Shown here piece by piece: positions 36,851 to 46,323 of a stretch of DNA of 64,000 nt. How positions within the stretch are numbered: position 1 is the first letter of the stretch; each line of letters starts with the position of its first letter. Source of the stretch: Opitutaceae bacterium (lineage in GTDB: Bacteria > Verrucomicrobiota > Verrucomicrobiia > Opitutales > Opitutaceae); the NCBI GenBank assembly GCA_016795545.1, contig JAEUGX010000106.1, positions 3,136 to 67,135 of the forward strand, written 5' to 3'. The position numbers and the translations under genes were made by a program. The notes under the pieces were generated by a model. It had not been told where the DNA came from. It saw only the letters and a list, made by a program, of their open reading frames with translations, and searched no databases.

Positions 36851-38395
36851 ATGCCCACCCGTCACCGCTCACTCGGGCTGCTCCTCGCCGCCTTGCTCGC
36901 GCTCGGCGCCGCCGGCCCGGCCTTCACCCAGACCCCTGCGCCGATCGAGCTCGGCTCCCGCCTCGAGCTCATGGTCGACCGCCACCTCATCGCCGAGATG
37001 AAGAATGTTCGCCTCAAGGCCGGCACCCCGCGCCGGGAGGAGATGTCCCTCCCGTTCGACCGCCCCTGGGAAGGCCGCTTCGCCGGCGCGTCGACCGTCC
37101 TCCGGGACGGCGACGTCTTCCGCATGTATTACCGCGGCTCCGGCTACGGGGCCGATGGCGCCGAGGACCGCCTGGCCGAACTCACCTGCTATGCCGAGAG
37201 CCGGGACGGTATCCACTGGACGAAGCCCGACCTCGGCCTGCACGAGTTCCGCGGCAGCCGGGCGAACAACATCATCCTGCCCCCGGGCGACAAGCGGCGG
37301 GTCTCGCACAACTTCATGGCGTTCCTCGACGCGCGCCCGGGAGTCCCGGCGGACGAGCGCTACAAGGCGATCGGCGGCACCCATGAGGCCGGGCTGATCC
37401 GGCTGCTGTCCGCCGACGGCATCCGCTGGCGCGAGATGGCGGCGCCGCCCCTGTTCGCCGGCTACGCGCTCGATACGCTCAACGTCGCGATGTGGGCGCC
37501 GGCGGAGAACCAGTACGTCATGTATATCCGCACCTGGACCGAGGGCGGCACGCCGGACCAGCCCAAGTTCCGCGGGCTGCGCACCGTCAGCCGCGCGGTC
37601 TCCCCTGACTTTGTGACCTGGAGTACCCCTGAACCCATGAACTACGGCGACAGCCCGCCGGAGCACATCTACACCAATGGCACCCAGCCTTACTTCCGGG
37701 CTCCGCACCTGTATGTCGCACTGCCGTTCCGCTACGTCGACGGCCTCGCCGGCAGCGTGACGGACCACCAGAAACCGGCCAAGACCGGCCGGGCCGCCCT
37801 GACCAAGGCGGAGATGGACGCCTGGAACTTCAACCTGCCGTGGATGCGCGTCGGGGTGTCGGACGTGGTTCTGATGACCTCGCGCGGCGGCAACCGGTAC
37901 GACCGCACGTTCATGGAATCTTTCATCCGTCCGGGCCTCGAGCGCGAGTCCTGGACTTCGCGCGGCAACGGTCCCGCCGCCGGCGTCGTGCAGACCGGAC
38001 CGACCGAGATGTCCCTCTACCTCCAGGCCCACTACATGCTCCCCAGCTATCATATGCGACGCTACTCGCTCCGCCTCGACGGCTTCGCGTCGGTGAACGC
38101 CCCGTTCGCGGGCGGCGAGATGCTGACTCACCCGCTGCGCTTCGCGGGCGGGAAGCTCGTCCTGAACTATTCGACCTCCTCGGTGGGCGGCATCCGGGTC
38201 GAAATCCTCGGGGCCGACGGCCGGCCGCTGCCGGGCTTCGGGCTTGCCGACTGCGACGAGATCATCGGCGACGAGATCGCCCGCTCGGTGTCGTGGAAGG
38301 GGAGCGCCGACGTCTCCCGTCTCGCCGGCCAGACGGTCCGGCTCCGGTTCGTGCTGAAGGACAGCGACCTCTACTCCTTGCAGTTCCAACCCTGA
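36851..38395 (+). CDS. Secreted Asp-box beta-propeller + beta-sandwich protein, paralog 2
   Basis: The start is ATG 36851. It has a signal peptide. Shared blocks are AESRDGIHW, LSADGIRW, DRTFMESFIRPGLE and MRRYSLRLDGFASVNAP. It is very similar to the next gene. Confidence 0.72.
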   Translation: MPTRHRSLGLLLAALLALGAAGPAFTQTPAPIELGSRLELMVDRHLIAEMKNVRLKAGTPRREEMSLPFDRPWEGRFAGASTVLRDGDVFRMYYRGSGYGADGAEDRLAELTCYAESRDGIHWTKPDLGLHEFRGSRANNIILPPGDKRRVSHNFMAFLDARPGVPADERYKAIGGTHEAGLIRLLSADGIRWREMAAPPLFAGYALDTLNVAMWAPAENQYVMYIRTWTEGGTPDQPKFRGLRTVSRAVSPDFVTWSTPEPMNYGDSPPEHIYTNGTQPYFRAPHLYVALPFRYVDGLAGSVTDHQKPAKTGRAALTKAEMDAWNFNLPWMRVGVSDVVLMTSRGGNRYDRTFMESFIRPGLERESWTSRGNGPAAGVVQTGPTEMSLYLQAHYMLPSYHMRRYSLRLDGFASVNAPFAGGEMLTHPLRFAGGKLVLNYSTSSVGGIRVEILGADGRPLPGFGLADCDEIIGDEIARSVSWKGSADVSRLAGQTVRLRFVLKDSDLYSLQFQP

Positions 38396-38408
38396 CCCCC
38401 GATTCACC

Positions 38409-39860
38409 ATGACCTCCCGCATCCTCCTCCTGCTCGCTGCGGCCGCGCTGGCGGCCCCCCGCCCGGCGGCCGCGGCCGAGGCGCCCCGCCAGATCGGCGG
38501 CCGGCTCGAGCTCTTCGTCGACCGCTATCTCATCGAGACCTTGGATGGCGCCGAGCTGCGGCTCGGCCAGCCCCAGCCGCGCGAGGTCGTGCTGCGCTTC
38601 GACCTCCCGTGGGAGGTGCCGTTCTCCGGCGCGCACACGGTGCTGAAGGACGGCGACCTCTACCGCCTCTATTACCGCGGCGGAAACACCGACGCCCACG
38701 GCGAGTATGACGAAGGCGCCGAGGTCACCTGCTATGCCGAGAGCCGGGACGGCATCCACTGGGTCAAGCCGATCCTCAATCTGTACGAATACCGGGGCTC
38801 CCGGGCCAACAACCTGATCCTGCCGCCGCAGAACGAGCGGCGGGTGTCGCACAACTTTGCCCCGTTCATCGACACCCGTCCCGGCGTGCCTCCGGAGGAG
38901 CGCTACAAGGCGGTCGGCGGCACGCGGAAGCACGGCCTCTTCCGCCTCGTCTCAGGCGACGGCATCCACTGGCGCCTGTTCTCGACCGAACCGATCTTCC
39001 ACGGCTACGCGCTCGACACGCTGAACGTCGCCCAGTGGTCGCCGGCCGAGGGCGTCTACGTGGCCTTCATCCGCCCCGGCGGCACGCCGTTCCGCGCCGT
39101 CGCCCGGGCGGTGTCGAAGGACTTCGTGACCTGGTCCAAGCCCAAGTTGATGGACATGGGCGACACGCCGCCGGAGCACATCTACACCAACGCCACGCAT
39201 CCCTACTTCCGCGCGCCGCACCTGCTGATCGCGCTGCCGTTCCGCTTCCAGCCCGAGCGCGCCGTGCTCTCGCGTTCCGAGCACAATGCCCTGCGCACCC
39301 ACTACACGCAGCGGGTCGGCATTTCCGATGCGGTGCTGCTGACCTCGAGGGGAGGCCACACTTACGACCGCACGTTCATGGAATCTTTCATCCGCCCCGG
39401 CCTGGAGCGCGGCGCCTGGGCGGCCCGCAGCACGCTGCCGGGCCTGGGCGTCGTGCCGACCGGCCCCGGGGAGATGTCGATCTACATCACGACCCACCAC
39501 ACGATGACTGACTACCACATGCGCCGCTACACGCTGCGGACGGACGGTTTTGCCTCGGTCAACGCCCCTTTCACGGGCGGGATGCTCCTCACGAAGCCGC
39601 TGGTCTTCACCGGCCGTCGCCTCGTCGTCAATTACTCGACCTCGGCGATCGGGGACCTCCGCGTCGAGCTGGCCGACGGGGAGGGCCGGCCGCTGCCGGG
39701 CTTCACCTTCGCCGATTGCGACGAGATCGTGGGCGATGAGATCAGCCGCACCGTCTCCTGGGGTGCGCGCACCGATGTGGCGGCACTGGCGGGCCGGCCC
39801 GTGCGCCTCCGGGTTGCCATGAAGGATGCCGATCTCTATTCGATCCAGTTTTGCGAATGA
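38409..39860 (+). CDS. Secreted Asp-box beta-propeller + beta-sandwich protein, paralog 3
   Basis: It has a signal peptide. Shared blocks are AESRDGIHW, VSGDGIHW, DRTFMESFIRPGLE and MRRYTLRTDGFASVNAP. Only 13 bp separate it from paralog 2. Confidence 0.72.
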   Translation: MTSRILLLLAAAALAAPRPAAAAEAPRQIGGRLELFVDRYLIETLDGAELRLGQPQPREVVLRFDLPWEVPFSGAHTVLKDGDLYRLYYRGGNTDAHGEYDEGAEVTCYAESRDGIHWVKPILNLYEYRGSRANNLILPPQNERRVSHNFAPFIDTRPGVPPEERYKAVGGTRKHGLFRLVSGDGIHWRLFSTEPIFHGYALDTLNVAQWSPAEGVYVAFIRPGGTPFRAVARAVSKDFVTWSKPKLMDMGDTPPEHIYTNATHPYFRAPHLLIALPFRFQPERAVLSRSEHNALRTHYTQRVGISDAVLLTSRGGHTYDRTFMESFIRPGLERGAWAARSTLPGLGVVPTGPGEMSIYITTHHTMTDYHMRRYTLRTDGFASVNAPFTGGMLLTKPLVFTGRRLVVNYSTSAIGDLRVELADGEGRPLPGFTFADCDEIVGDEISRTVSWGARTDVAALAGRPVRLRVAMKDADLYSIQFCE

Positions 39861-39861
39861 C

Positions 39862-41055
39862 ATGAAAACGGCCCTCATCATCGGCGCCGGGGTGACCGGA
39901 CTCTGCACCGCCTGGCACTTGGCCCGCATGCGTTACGGGCGGGTGATCGTCCTCGACAAGGGCGGGGTGGGCGACGGCTCGAGCAGCCGGGCGGCCGGGA
40001 TCAGCTCGGGCCTGCTCTGGACCGAAACCGGCGTCCGCGCGCGGCGCCACTCGCTCCGGATCTTCCGCGAACTCTCGCGCGAGCTCCCGGGCTACACCTT
40101 CCACAACGAGCACGGCTGCCTGAATCTGTTCAACCCGGCGCTGTGGCCGGCGCGGGAGAAACTCCTCCCGCTCTACGACCGGCTCGAGGCGCCCTACCAG
40201 ATCATGGACGCCGCCGAGATCCGGCGCCGCTGGCCGGCGCTGAACCCGGATCCCGACTTCCTCGGGTTGCACGACCCGCTCGGGGGCTACAGCGAGCCGG
40301 CCGAGTTCCTGGCGGCGCTGACACGGCGGGTGCGGGAGCTTGGCGTCGAGATTCGCGAGTCCGCTTGCGTCGAGGCCCTGGTCACCGCGGGCGGCCGCGT
40401 GACCGGGGTCCGGCTGGCGGACGGTCCGCTCGCGGCCGAGGCGGTGGTCGCCGCGAACTACGCGTGGATCCTGCCGCTGCTCGCCACGGCAGGCGTCCGC
40501 CTGCCCGCCAAGACCTTCGTGCACCAGCGCTACGTGTCGGCGCCGCTGGAGCGGCCGCTGGTGATCCCGCCGGTCAACGCGGACCCGTTCGGCGGCTACG
40601 TGCGCCCCGCCGCCGGGGGACGTCTGCTCCTCGGGGTGGAGACTCCGGAGCGCGACGACTTCAAGGTGCCCGGGTTCGGCTTCCGCCTCGGGGAACTGGC
40701 CGCCCCGGCCGGCCTGCTCCAGGCCACGGTCGAGCGGTTCCGCCGCTTCGTTCCGGGCATCGAACGCCTGCGCTGGGAGAGCACCCACGTCGGCCTGCTG
40801 TCGTTCTCGGTCGACGGCGAGCCGATCGTCGGCCCCGTCCCGGGCATCGACGGCCTGTTCGTCGGCATCTGCTTCCACTCGGGCGGATTCAGCTACAGCC
40901 CGGCCTCAGGCCTCTTCCTCGCCCGGATGGTGGCGGGAGAGCCTCTCCCGATCGATCTCACGGCCTTCGCGCCGTCGCGGTTTGCCCGCGACGAGACCGA
41001 CCGCTACCTGGCCGCGACCATCAGCCAGCAGCAGAGTTTTCGCCGCCGGCATTGA
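39862..41055 (+). CDS. DAO-family FAD-dependent oxidoreductase (D-amino-acid/glycine/sarcosine/opine oxidase-like)
   Basis: ATG 39862 lies 1 nt after the upstream stop. The dinucleotide motif is ALIIGAGVTGLCTAWHLA. Other blocks are DGSSSRAAG and the C-terminal HSGGFSYSPASG. Confidence 0.78.
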   Translation: MKTALIIGAGVTGLCTAWHLARMRYGRVIVLDKGGVGDGSSSRAAGISSGLLWTETGVRARRHSLRIFRELSRELPGYTFHNEHGCLNLFNPALWPAREKLLPLYDRLEAPYQIMDAAEIRRRWPALNPDPDFLGLHDPLGGYSEPAEFLAALTRRVRELGVEIRESACVEALVTAGGRVTGVRLADGPLAAEAVVAANYAWILPLLATAGVRLPAKTFVHQRYVSAPLERPLVIPPVNADPFGGYVRPAAGGRLLLGVETPERDDFKVPGFGFRLGELAAPAGLLQATVERFRRFVPGIERLRWESTHVGLLSFSVDGEPIVGPVPGIDGLFVGICFHSGGFSYSPASGLFLARMVAGEPLPIDLTAFAPSRFARDETDRYLAATISQQQSFRRRH

Positions 41056-41076
41056 CGGCCGTCGCGGCGACCTTTC

Positions 41077-42234
41077 ATGAGCCACACCCTCATCCTCCAT
41101 CACTGCCGCGCCGTCCTGCCCGACCGGGTGCTAACCGACGCCGTCATCCGCATCGAGGCCGGCGTCATTCGCGACGTTTCCGCCGGCCCCGCTCGTCCGT
41201 CCGGGGGCGTGGTCGTCGATGCGGGCGGACTCCTGTTGGCCCCGGGATTCGTCGACGTGCACTGCCACGGCGACGGCGCCACGCGCTATTTCGACGACCC
41301 GGAGAGGGTGGCGCTCAGCCTGCTCCGGCAGGGCACCACCACCGCCGCGGCCACGCTGGGCTATCCCGACATGGTGCCGGACGGGATTGCCGCCCAGCTC
41401 CGCGCGTACCGGGCCGCGCTGGGCGAGTGGGGCCGGGAGCTGCTCGACGGCGGCGTCCACCTCGAGGGCCCCTACATGAACCGGAAATACGGCGCCCAGA
41501 CCTCGCGCGGGGTCATCAAGCATCCCGACCCCGCGGAATACCGCGCGCTGCTCGAGGAGTTTCCGGGCCTGATCACCTGGTGGGCCTGCGCGCCGGAGCT
41601 GCCCGGCGCGGTGGAGTTCATCCGCTCCGCGGCGTCCCGCGGGGTCGTGGTCGCCGCCGGCCACACCGAGGCCACGCCCGAGGAGCTCGCCGCCGCCATC
41701 GGCGCGGGACTCAAGGTCATCACCCACTGGAGCAACGCTACCGGCAATCCGCGCGCGGCGGCTTTCAAGGGTACCCGCTGCCCGGGCCTCGACGAGGCCG
41801 CGCTCGTGCACGACGAGGTCTCGGCCGAGATCATTCCCGACGAGCAGGGCCTGCACGTCCATCCGCTGATGGCGAAGCTCCTGTACAAGGCCAAGGGCCC
41901 CGAGCGCATCCTGATCATCACCGACGCGGGCTACCGGCGCCCCGACGATCCGCCCGAGCCGTCCGGCCGGCGGCGGGACGTTTCCATCGACGGCGAGGGC
42001 AACCTGGCGGGGTCGCGCCTGACCATGCCCGGCGCCGCCCGCAACTTCCGCGCGTTCTCCGGCTGCACCTTGCCGGAGCTCTTCCGCATGGCGGCGCTCA
42101 ACCCGGCGCGCCTGCTCGGTCTGGGCGACCAGATCGGCTCGATCGAGCCGGGCAAGCGCGCCAACCTGGTGGTCCTCGACGACGACCTGAACGTCTTGCG
42201 CACCTTCGTGCGCGGACGCGAGGTGCCCCGATGA
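41077..42234 (+). CDS. NagA-like (N-acetylglucosamine-6-phosphate deacetylase family) amidohydrolase
   Basis: Motifs are LLLAPGFVDVHCHG, HLEGPYMN, AAGHTEAT, ITHWSNA and IEPGKRANLVVLDDDL. Confidence 0.72.
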   Translation: MSHTLILHHCRAVLPDRVLTDAVIRIEAGVIRDVSAGPARPSGGVVVDAGGLLLAPGFVDVHCHGDGATRYFDDPERVALSLLRQGTTTAAATLGYPDMVPDGIAAQLRAYRAALGEWGRELLDGGVHLEGPYMNRKYGAQTSRGVIKHPDPAEYRALLEEFPGLITWWACAPELPGAVEFIRSAASRGVVVAAGHTEATPEELAAAIGAGLKVITHWSNATGNPRAAAFKGTRCPGLDEAALVHDEVSAEIIPDEQGLHVHPLMAKLLYKAKGPERILIITDAGYRRPDDPPEPSGRRRDVSIDGEGNLAGSRLTMPGAARNFRAFSGCTLPELFRMAALNPARLLGLGDQIGSIEPGKRANLVVLDDDLNVLRTFVRGREVPR

Positions 42235-43481
42235 GCGCCCCCGGCGCCGCCCCAACCGTGTCCCGCTGGCGCACCGACGCCTTCCTGGCGGCCGGTATGG
42301 TCCTGAACTACGCCGACCGCTCGGCGCTGCCCGTGGTTTTCCCGGCGCTGCGGGGCGAGCTCGGGCTTTCCGATGTCACGCTCGGCCTGCTGGGCTCCCT
42401 TTTCCTCTGGAGCTACGCCCTCTGCGGCCCCGTGGCGGGCATGCTCGCCGACCGCTATTCGCGGCGGCTGATCGTCATCGTCAGCCTCGCGGCTTGGAGC
42501 GCGGTCACGGCGCTCACCGGCTTGGCCCACGGGCTGGTGGCGCTGGCCCTGCTGCGGGTCGCCCTCGGGGTCTCGGAGAGCCTATTCCTGCCCTCGGCGG
42601 CGGCGATCATGGCGGCCAACCACGGCCTCGAAACCCGCGGCCGGGCGATGGGCGTGCTGCTGCTCTGCCAGAGCGTCGGCGTCATTATCGGCGGGGTCGG
42701 TGTCAGCTACGCCGCCGACCATTTCGGGTGGCGGAGCGGATTCCTCTTCCTCGGCTTCGCCGGGATCGCGCTCGCTCTGGCCGGCGGACCCCTGCTGCCG
42801 TCCGCCCCGGCCGCGGCCACCACCGCGGCGCCGCCGCCCTTCCGTGTGCGCGACGCAATCGCTTACTTGGTCCACACCCCTACCTACCTTACCCTGCTGG
42901 CCGGGACCGTGTGCGCCGGCGTCGCTGTTTGGATCTTCTTCAACTGGCTGTCACTCTACCTGGTCGAAAAATTCGGCATCAAGATGGCGGAGGCGGGCTT
43001 TGCCGGAGTCGCGATGCTCCAGCTTTCGAGCATGGTGGGCATCGCCGCCGGCGCCTGGATATCCGATCGGGCGGTGCGTCGGGACCACCGCAGCCGGCTG
43101 GTGGTGTTCGCGGCCGGGTATTTCGCGGCGGCGCCGTTTCTGCTCTGCTTTCTGCTCGATCCCGGTCTGCTGACCGTGACGGTCTGCTGTGCGCTGTTCT
43201 CCCTGCTCCGCGCGCTCGGCAGCGTCAACGAGATGCCCGTGCTGTGCGAGGTCGTGCCGCCGGCCTACCGCTCGACCGCGGTCGGCATCCTGATCGCTTG
43301 CGCCTGCCTGTCCGGGGGTGTTGGGATCTTCGTCGGGGGCCTCCTCAAGCGCGGCTTCGGGCTCGAGCTCGTCTTCGCGGGGCTGGGCGGGTTCTTCGCC
43401 CTCGCCGGCGCCGGCTTCCTGCTCGCGCGCCGGCGCTTCCTGGAATCCGACCTCGCGCGCGCCGAGGCGACCGCCGGATGA
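42231..43481 (+). CDS. MFS transporter
   Basis: It overlaps the upstream gene by ATGA. The real start lies inside track ORF 40143..43481. It has about 12 hydrophobic segments and the motif GMLADRYSRRL (DRxGRR-like). Confidence 0.85.
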   Translation: MSAPGAAPTVSRWRTDAFLAAGMVLNYADRSALPVVFPALRGELGLSDVTLGLLGSLFLWSYALCGPVAGMLADRYSRRLIVIVSLAAWSAVTALTGLAHGLVALALLRVALGVSESLFLPSAAAIMAANHGLETRGRAMGVLLLCQSVGVIIGGVGVSYAADHFGWRSGFLFLGFAGIALALAGGPLLPSAPAAATTAAPPPFRVRDAIAYLVHTPTYLTLLAGTVCAGVAVWIFFNWLSLYLVEKFGIKMAEAGFAGVAMLQLSSMVGIAAGAWISDRAVRRDHRSRLVVFAAGYFAAAPFLLCFLLDPGLLTVTVCCALFSLLRALGSVNEMPVLCEVVPPAYRSTAVGILIACACLSGGVGIFVGGLLKRGFGLELVFAGLGGFFALAGAGFLLARRRFLESDLARAEATAG

Positions 43482-44476
43482 ACCCGGTCCGCGCCCCGTC
43501 CTTCCGTCCGGCCTCGGCCGCGCGCCTCGCGGCGGTGCCCGACTGGCCGCGCTTGCCGCCGGACCTCGCCCTCGATCGGGTGGTGGGGATCGGCGTGGAC
43601 TCGCGCGGCCTGGTGTACGTCGCCCACCGCGGCGACCGTCCACTGCTCTGCCTGCGGCCCGACGGCACGCTGCTCCGCGAGGTCGGCGCCGGCGTCCTGC
43701 GCCGCTCCGTCGCCTACGACCTCACCGGCCCCGCGCCCCGGGCCATGCCGGCCCGGTACTGGCTCCACGGCCTGCACGTCGACCCCTGGGACCACGTGTG
43801 GGTGACCGATGTCAGCCGCCACCTCGTGCTGCGCTTCGATCCCGCAGGCGCGCTGGTGCTCACCCTCGGGGTCGAGGGCGAGCCGGGCTGCGACGGCCGG
43901 CGGTTCAACCAGCCGACGCACGTCTGCGTGCTGCCGTCGGGCGACTTCTTGGTGACCGACGGCTACGGCAACTCTCGCGTCGCCTGCTTCAGCGCCCGCG
44001 GTGAGTTCCTCCGCTCCTGGGGCGAGCGCGGCGTCGCCCCCGGCGAATTCCATACCCCGCACGTCGTCACCCGCGACGCCACCGGCCTCCTCTATGTGTC
44101 CGATCGGGAGAACGACCGCATCCAGATCTTCGATGCGTCCGGCCGGCTCCACGCCGTCTGGCCCGGACTGCACGGGGTCGACGGGCTGCACGCGGCGGCC
44201 GACGGCTGGCTCTACGGCTCGTGCGGCGTCGACCACGCGCTGCTCCGGCTCGATCGCTCCGGCGTCGTACGCGACGTCTGGGTCGAGCCCGGCCTGTTCA
44301 CCTACCCGCATGCGGTCTCCACCGACGGCGCGGGCGCGGTCTACGTGGCGGACACGGGCGACGACTGGGTGCTCGACCCGGCGAGTGCCGGCCTCCCGCG
44401 CCGGCGGTACGGGCTCCGGCCCCGGACCGGCGGCGAGGGCAGCCGCGCCGTGAAGCTGCGGGTGACCGGAGCCTGA
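43478..44476 (+). CDS. NHL-repeat beta-propeller, peptidyl-alpha-hydroxyglycine alpha-amidating lyase (PAL)-like
   Basis: It overlaps the upstream gene by ATGA. VTDGYGNSRVACF and VSDRENDRIQIF closely resemble the PAL signatures DGYCNSRI and DRENGRIQ. It has no signal peptide. Confidence 0.7.
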   Translation: MNPVRAPSFRPASAARLAAVPDWPRLPPDLALDRVVGIGVDSRGLVYVAHRGDRPLLCLRPDGTLLREVGAGVLRRSVAYDLTGPAPRAMPARYWLHGLHVDPWDHVWVTDVSRHLVLRFDPAGALVLTLGVEGEPGCDGRRFNQPTHVCVLPSGDFLVTDGYGNSRVACFSARGEFLRSWGERGVAPGEFHTPHVVTRDATGLLYVSDRENDRIQIFDASGRLHAVWPGLHGVDGLHAAADGWLYGSCGVDHALLRLDRSGVVRDVWVEPGLFTYPHAVSTDGAGAVYVADTGDDWVLDPASAGLPRRRYGLRPRTGGEGSRAVKLRVTGA

Positions 44477-44487
44477 CCGCTGCCGCC

Positions 44488-46305
44488 ATGGAGCTCTCCG
44501 TCACGGTCGATTTCCCCGACGACGTCTGCAAGGGCCCCTGCGACGCCGGCCGACTCGACGCCATGATGGCGGCGATCGCCGCCACCGGGGCGCGGCGGGT
44601 GCACTGGCTCTACTACGGCGAGGTGGACCCGGCCGATCCGCGGTGCGGCAGCATTTTTTCGGCCCACTGGGCGACCTACGGCCCCGCTTCGCTCGCCGCC
44701 CTCGGCGAGCCGCTGCGCGCGGCGGTCCCGGCCGCGAAGCGGCACGGCCTCGAGATCTACGGGGTGCTGAAACCCTACAACGGCGGCCTGTCCGGGAGCT
44801 ATCCGCTCGGCTCGCCCGAGGCGGGCTCGAAGTCCCGGCTCGCCCGCGTCGGCGGCACCCTGCAGCAGGTGATCCCGTTCCTGGAGCGGCACCCGGCGAT
44901 GCGGCTCCAGCGGCGGCCGGAGCCGGCGCGGGACGCGGGCCCCGTGGCCGCGATCCGGCTGATCAAGGCGGACGCCGCCGCCACCCGCCTCCGGCCGGAA
45001 CACGTGCGGATCTGGACCAGCCCGGACAATTACCGGTACCAGCTCCAGCCTGGCGTCCCGGCCGGCACCGTCACCGTGGAGCCGGCCGCGCGCACGGTCC
45101 GCGACTACCACGGCAACGTCCTGACGCGCGCGGGCGAACCGGTCCGGGTCGTGACCCTCGCCGGACTGGCCCTGGACGCGCCCTTCGTCGTGCTCACGAC
45201 CACGTTCACCGACGGGGCCGGCGATTTTCGCAACACGCCTGCCGGCCTGGTCGAGCTCCGCGGGCGGGACGGCCGGATCATGGACTGCGTGCGGGCGACC
45301 CACGCAGCAGCCTGGATTCAGCCGCGTGATTTCCGGACCTACGGGCTGGAGTTCGACCTCGGCTTCGGACACCTGCCGGTCGCGCTCGACGAACCCTGGC
45401 GCGGCCTCGCCCGCGACCCGTGGCAGCCGTTCGCCGGCGAGGACGAGTTCGCCGACCAGGCGCTGCTCGGACACGGACCGGCCGGCGGATTCATCGGCTT
45501 CGCCCCGGGCAGGAACGAGCATCTGGCCGCGGCTCCGTGCGAGGCCTATCCCGAAGTGCGGGCGCTCTGGCTCGGCTGGGTGCAGGCGATGCTCGATGCG
45601 GGGGTCGACGGCGTCGACCTGCGGATCTCCGCCCACGGCTGCTTGACGGACGAGCCGGAGGCCTTCGGCTGGAACCCGCCGGTGCTGGCGGCGTACCGGG
45701 AGCGGTTCGGCGACGGCCCCGTGGATGCGGCGAAATTGGCGACCGTGCGCGGCGATTTCTACACCGGATTCGTGCGCGAGGCCTCCGCGCGGGTGCGGGC
45801 CCGCGGCCGGAAGCTGCAGGTCCACCTCCACGCCGAGGCCTTCCGGCCAGACCCGGTGTTCGGCCAGCAGAACGGCGTGCCGGCCAACATCGAGTTCCAA
45901 TGGCGTCGCTGGATTGAGGAGGGGGTGGTGGACTCGCTTTACCTCCGTACCAGCTGGTTCGAGGCGGCCGAGGATCCCCTCGGCGCCCAGGCCACCCGGC
46001 GCAGCCGCCTCACCGGCATGCTCGCGGACCCGGTCGTGGGCGAAATGCTCGCAGTCGCCGCGGCCCGCGGACTGCCGGTGGTGCTGAACCGCTACGTCGG
46101 ACGCGCCGCGGGGCTGCCCGAATACCTCGACGACCTCGAGGCCGTCGCGCGCGACGGCCGGTTCGCGGGCTTCGATGTCTACGAGTTCTTCGACCTCGCC
46201 CAGGCCGACCCCGACCGGCCGGGCCTCGTGCCGCGCCACGGGCGCCTCGCCGGCATCACCGAGCGCTGGCGGGCGATCCGGCGGCGGATCCCCGCCGCGG
46301 AGTGA
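44488..46305 (+). CDS. Hypothetical 605-aa cytoplasmic protein, function unknown (possibly barrel-type glycosidase-like; no motif recognised)
   Basis: ATG 44488 lies inside track ORF 44221..46305. GC3 coding bias is strong. It is the last gene of the co-directional run and has no signal peptide. Confidence 0.6.
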   Translation: MELSVTVDFPDDVCKGPCDAGRLDAMMAAIAATGARRVHWLYYGEVDPADPRCGSIFSAHWATYGPASLAALGEPLRAAVPAAKRHGLEIYGVLKPYNGGLSGSYPLGSPEAGSKSRLARVGGTLQQVIPFLERHPAMRLQRRPEPARDAGPVAAIRLIKADAAATRLRPEHVRIWTSPDNYRYQLQPGVPAGTVTVEPAARTVRDYHGNVLTRAGEPVRVVTLAGLALDAPFVVLTTTFTDGAGDFRNTPAGLVELRGRDGRIMDCVRATHAAAWIQPRDFRTYGLEFDLGFGHLPVALDEPWRGLARDPWQPFAGEDEFADQALLGHGPAGGFIGFAPGRNEHLAAAPCEAYPEVRALWLGWVQAMLDAGVDGVDLRISAHGCLTDEPEAFGWNPPVLAAYRERFGDGPVDAAKLATVRGDFYTGFVREASARVRARGRKLQVHLHAEAFRPDPVFGQQNGVPANIEFQWRRWIEEGVVDSLYLRTSWFEAAEDPLGAQATRRSRLTGMLADPVVGEMLAVAAARGLPVVLNRYVGRAAGLPEYLDDLEAVARDGRFAGFDVYEFFDLAQADPDRPGLVPRHGRLAGITERWRAIRRRIPAAE

Positions 46306-46323
46306 GCGCGCCCGCGGGGCGGA

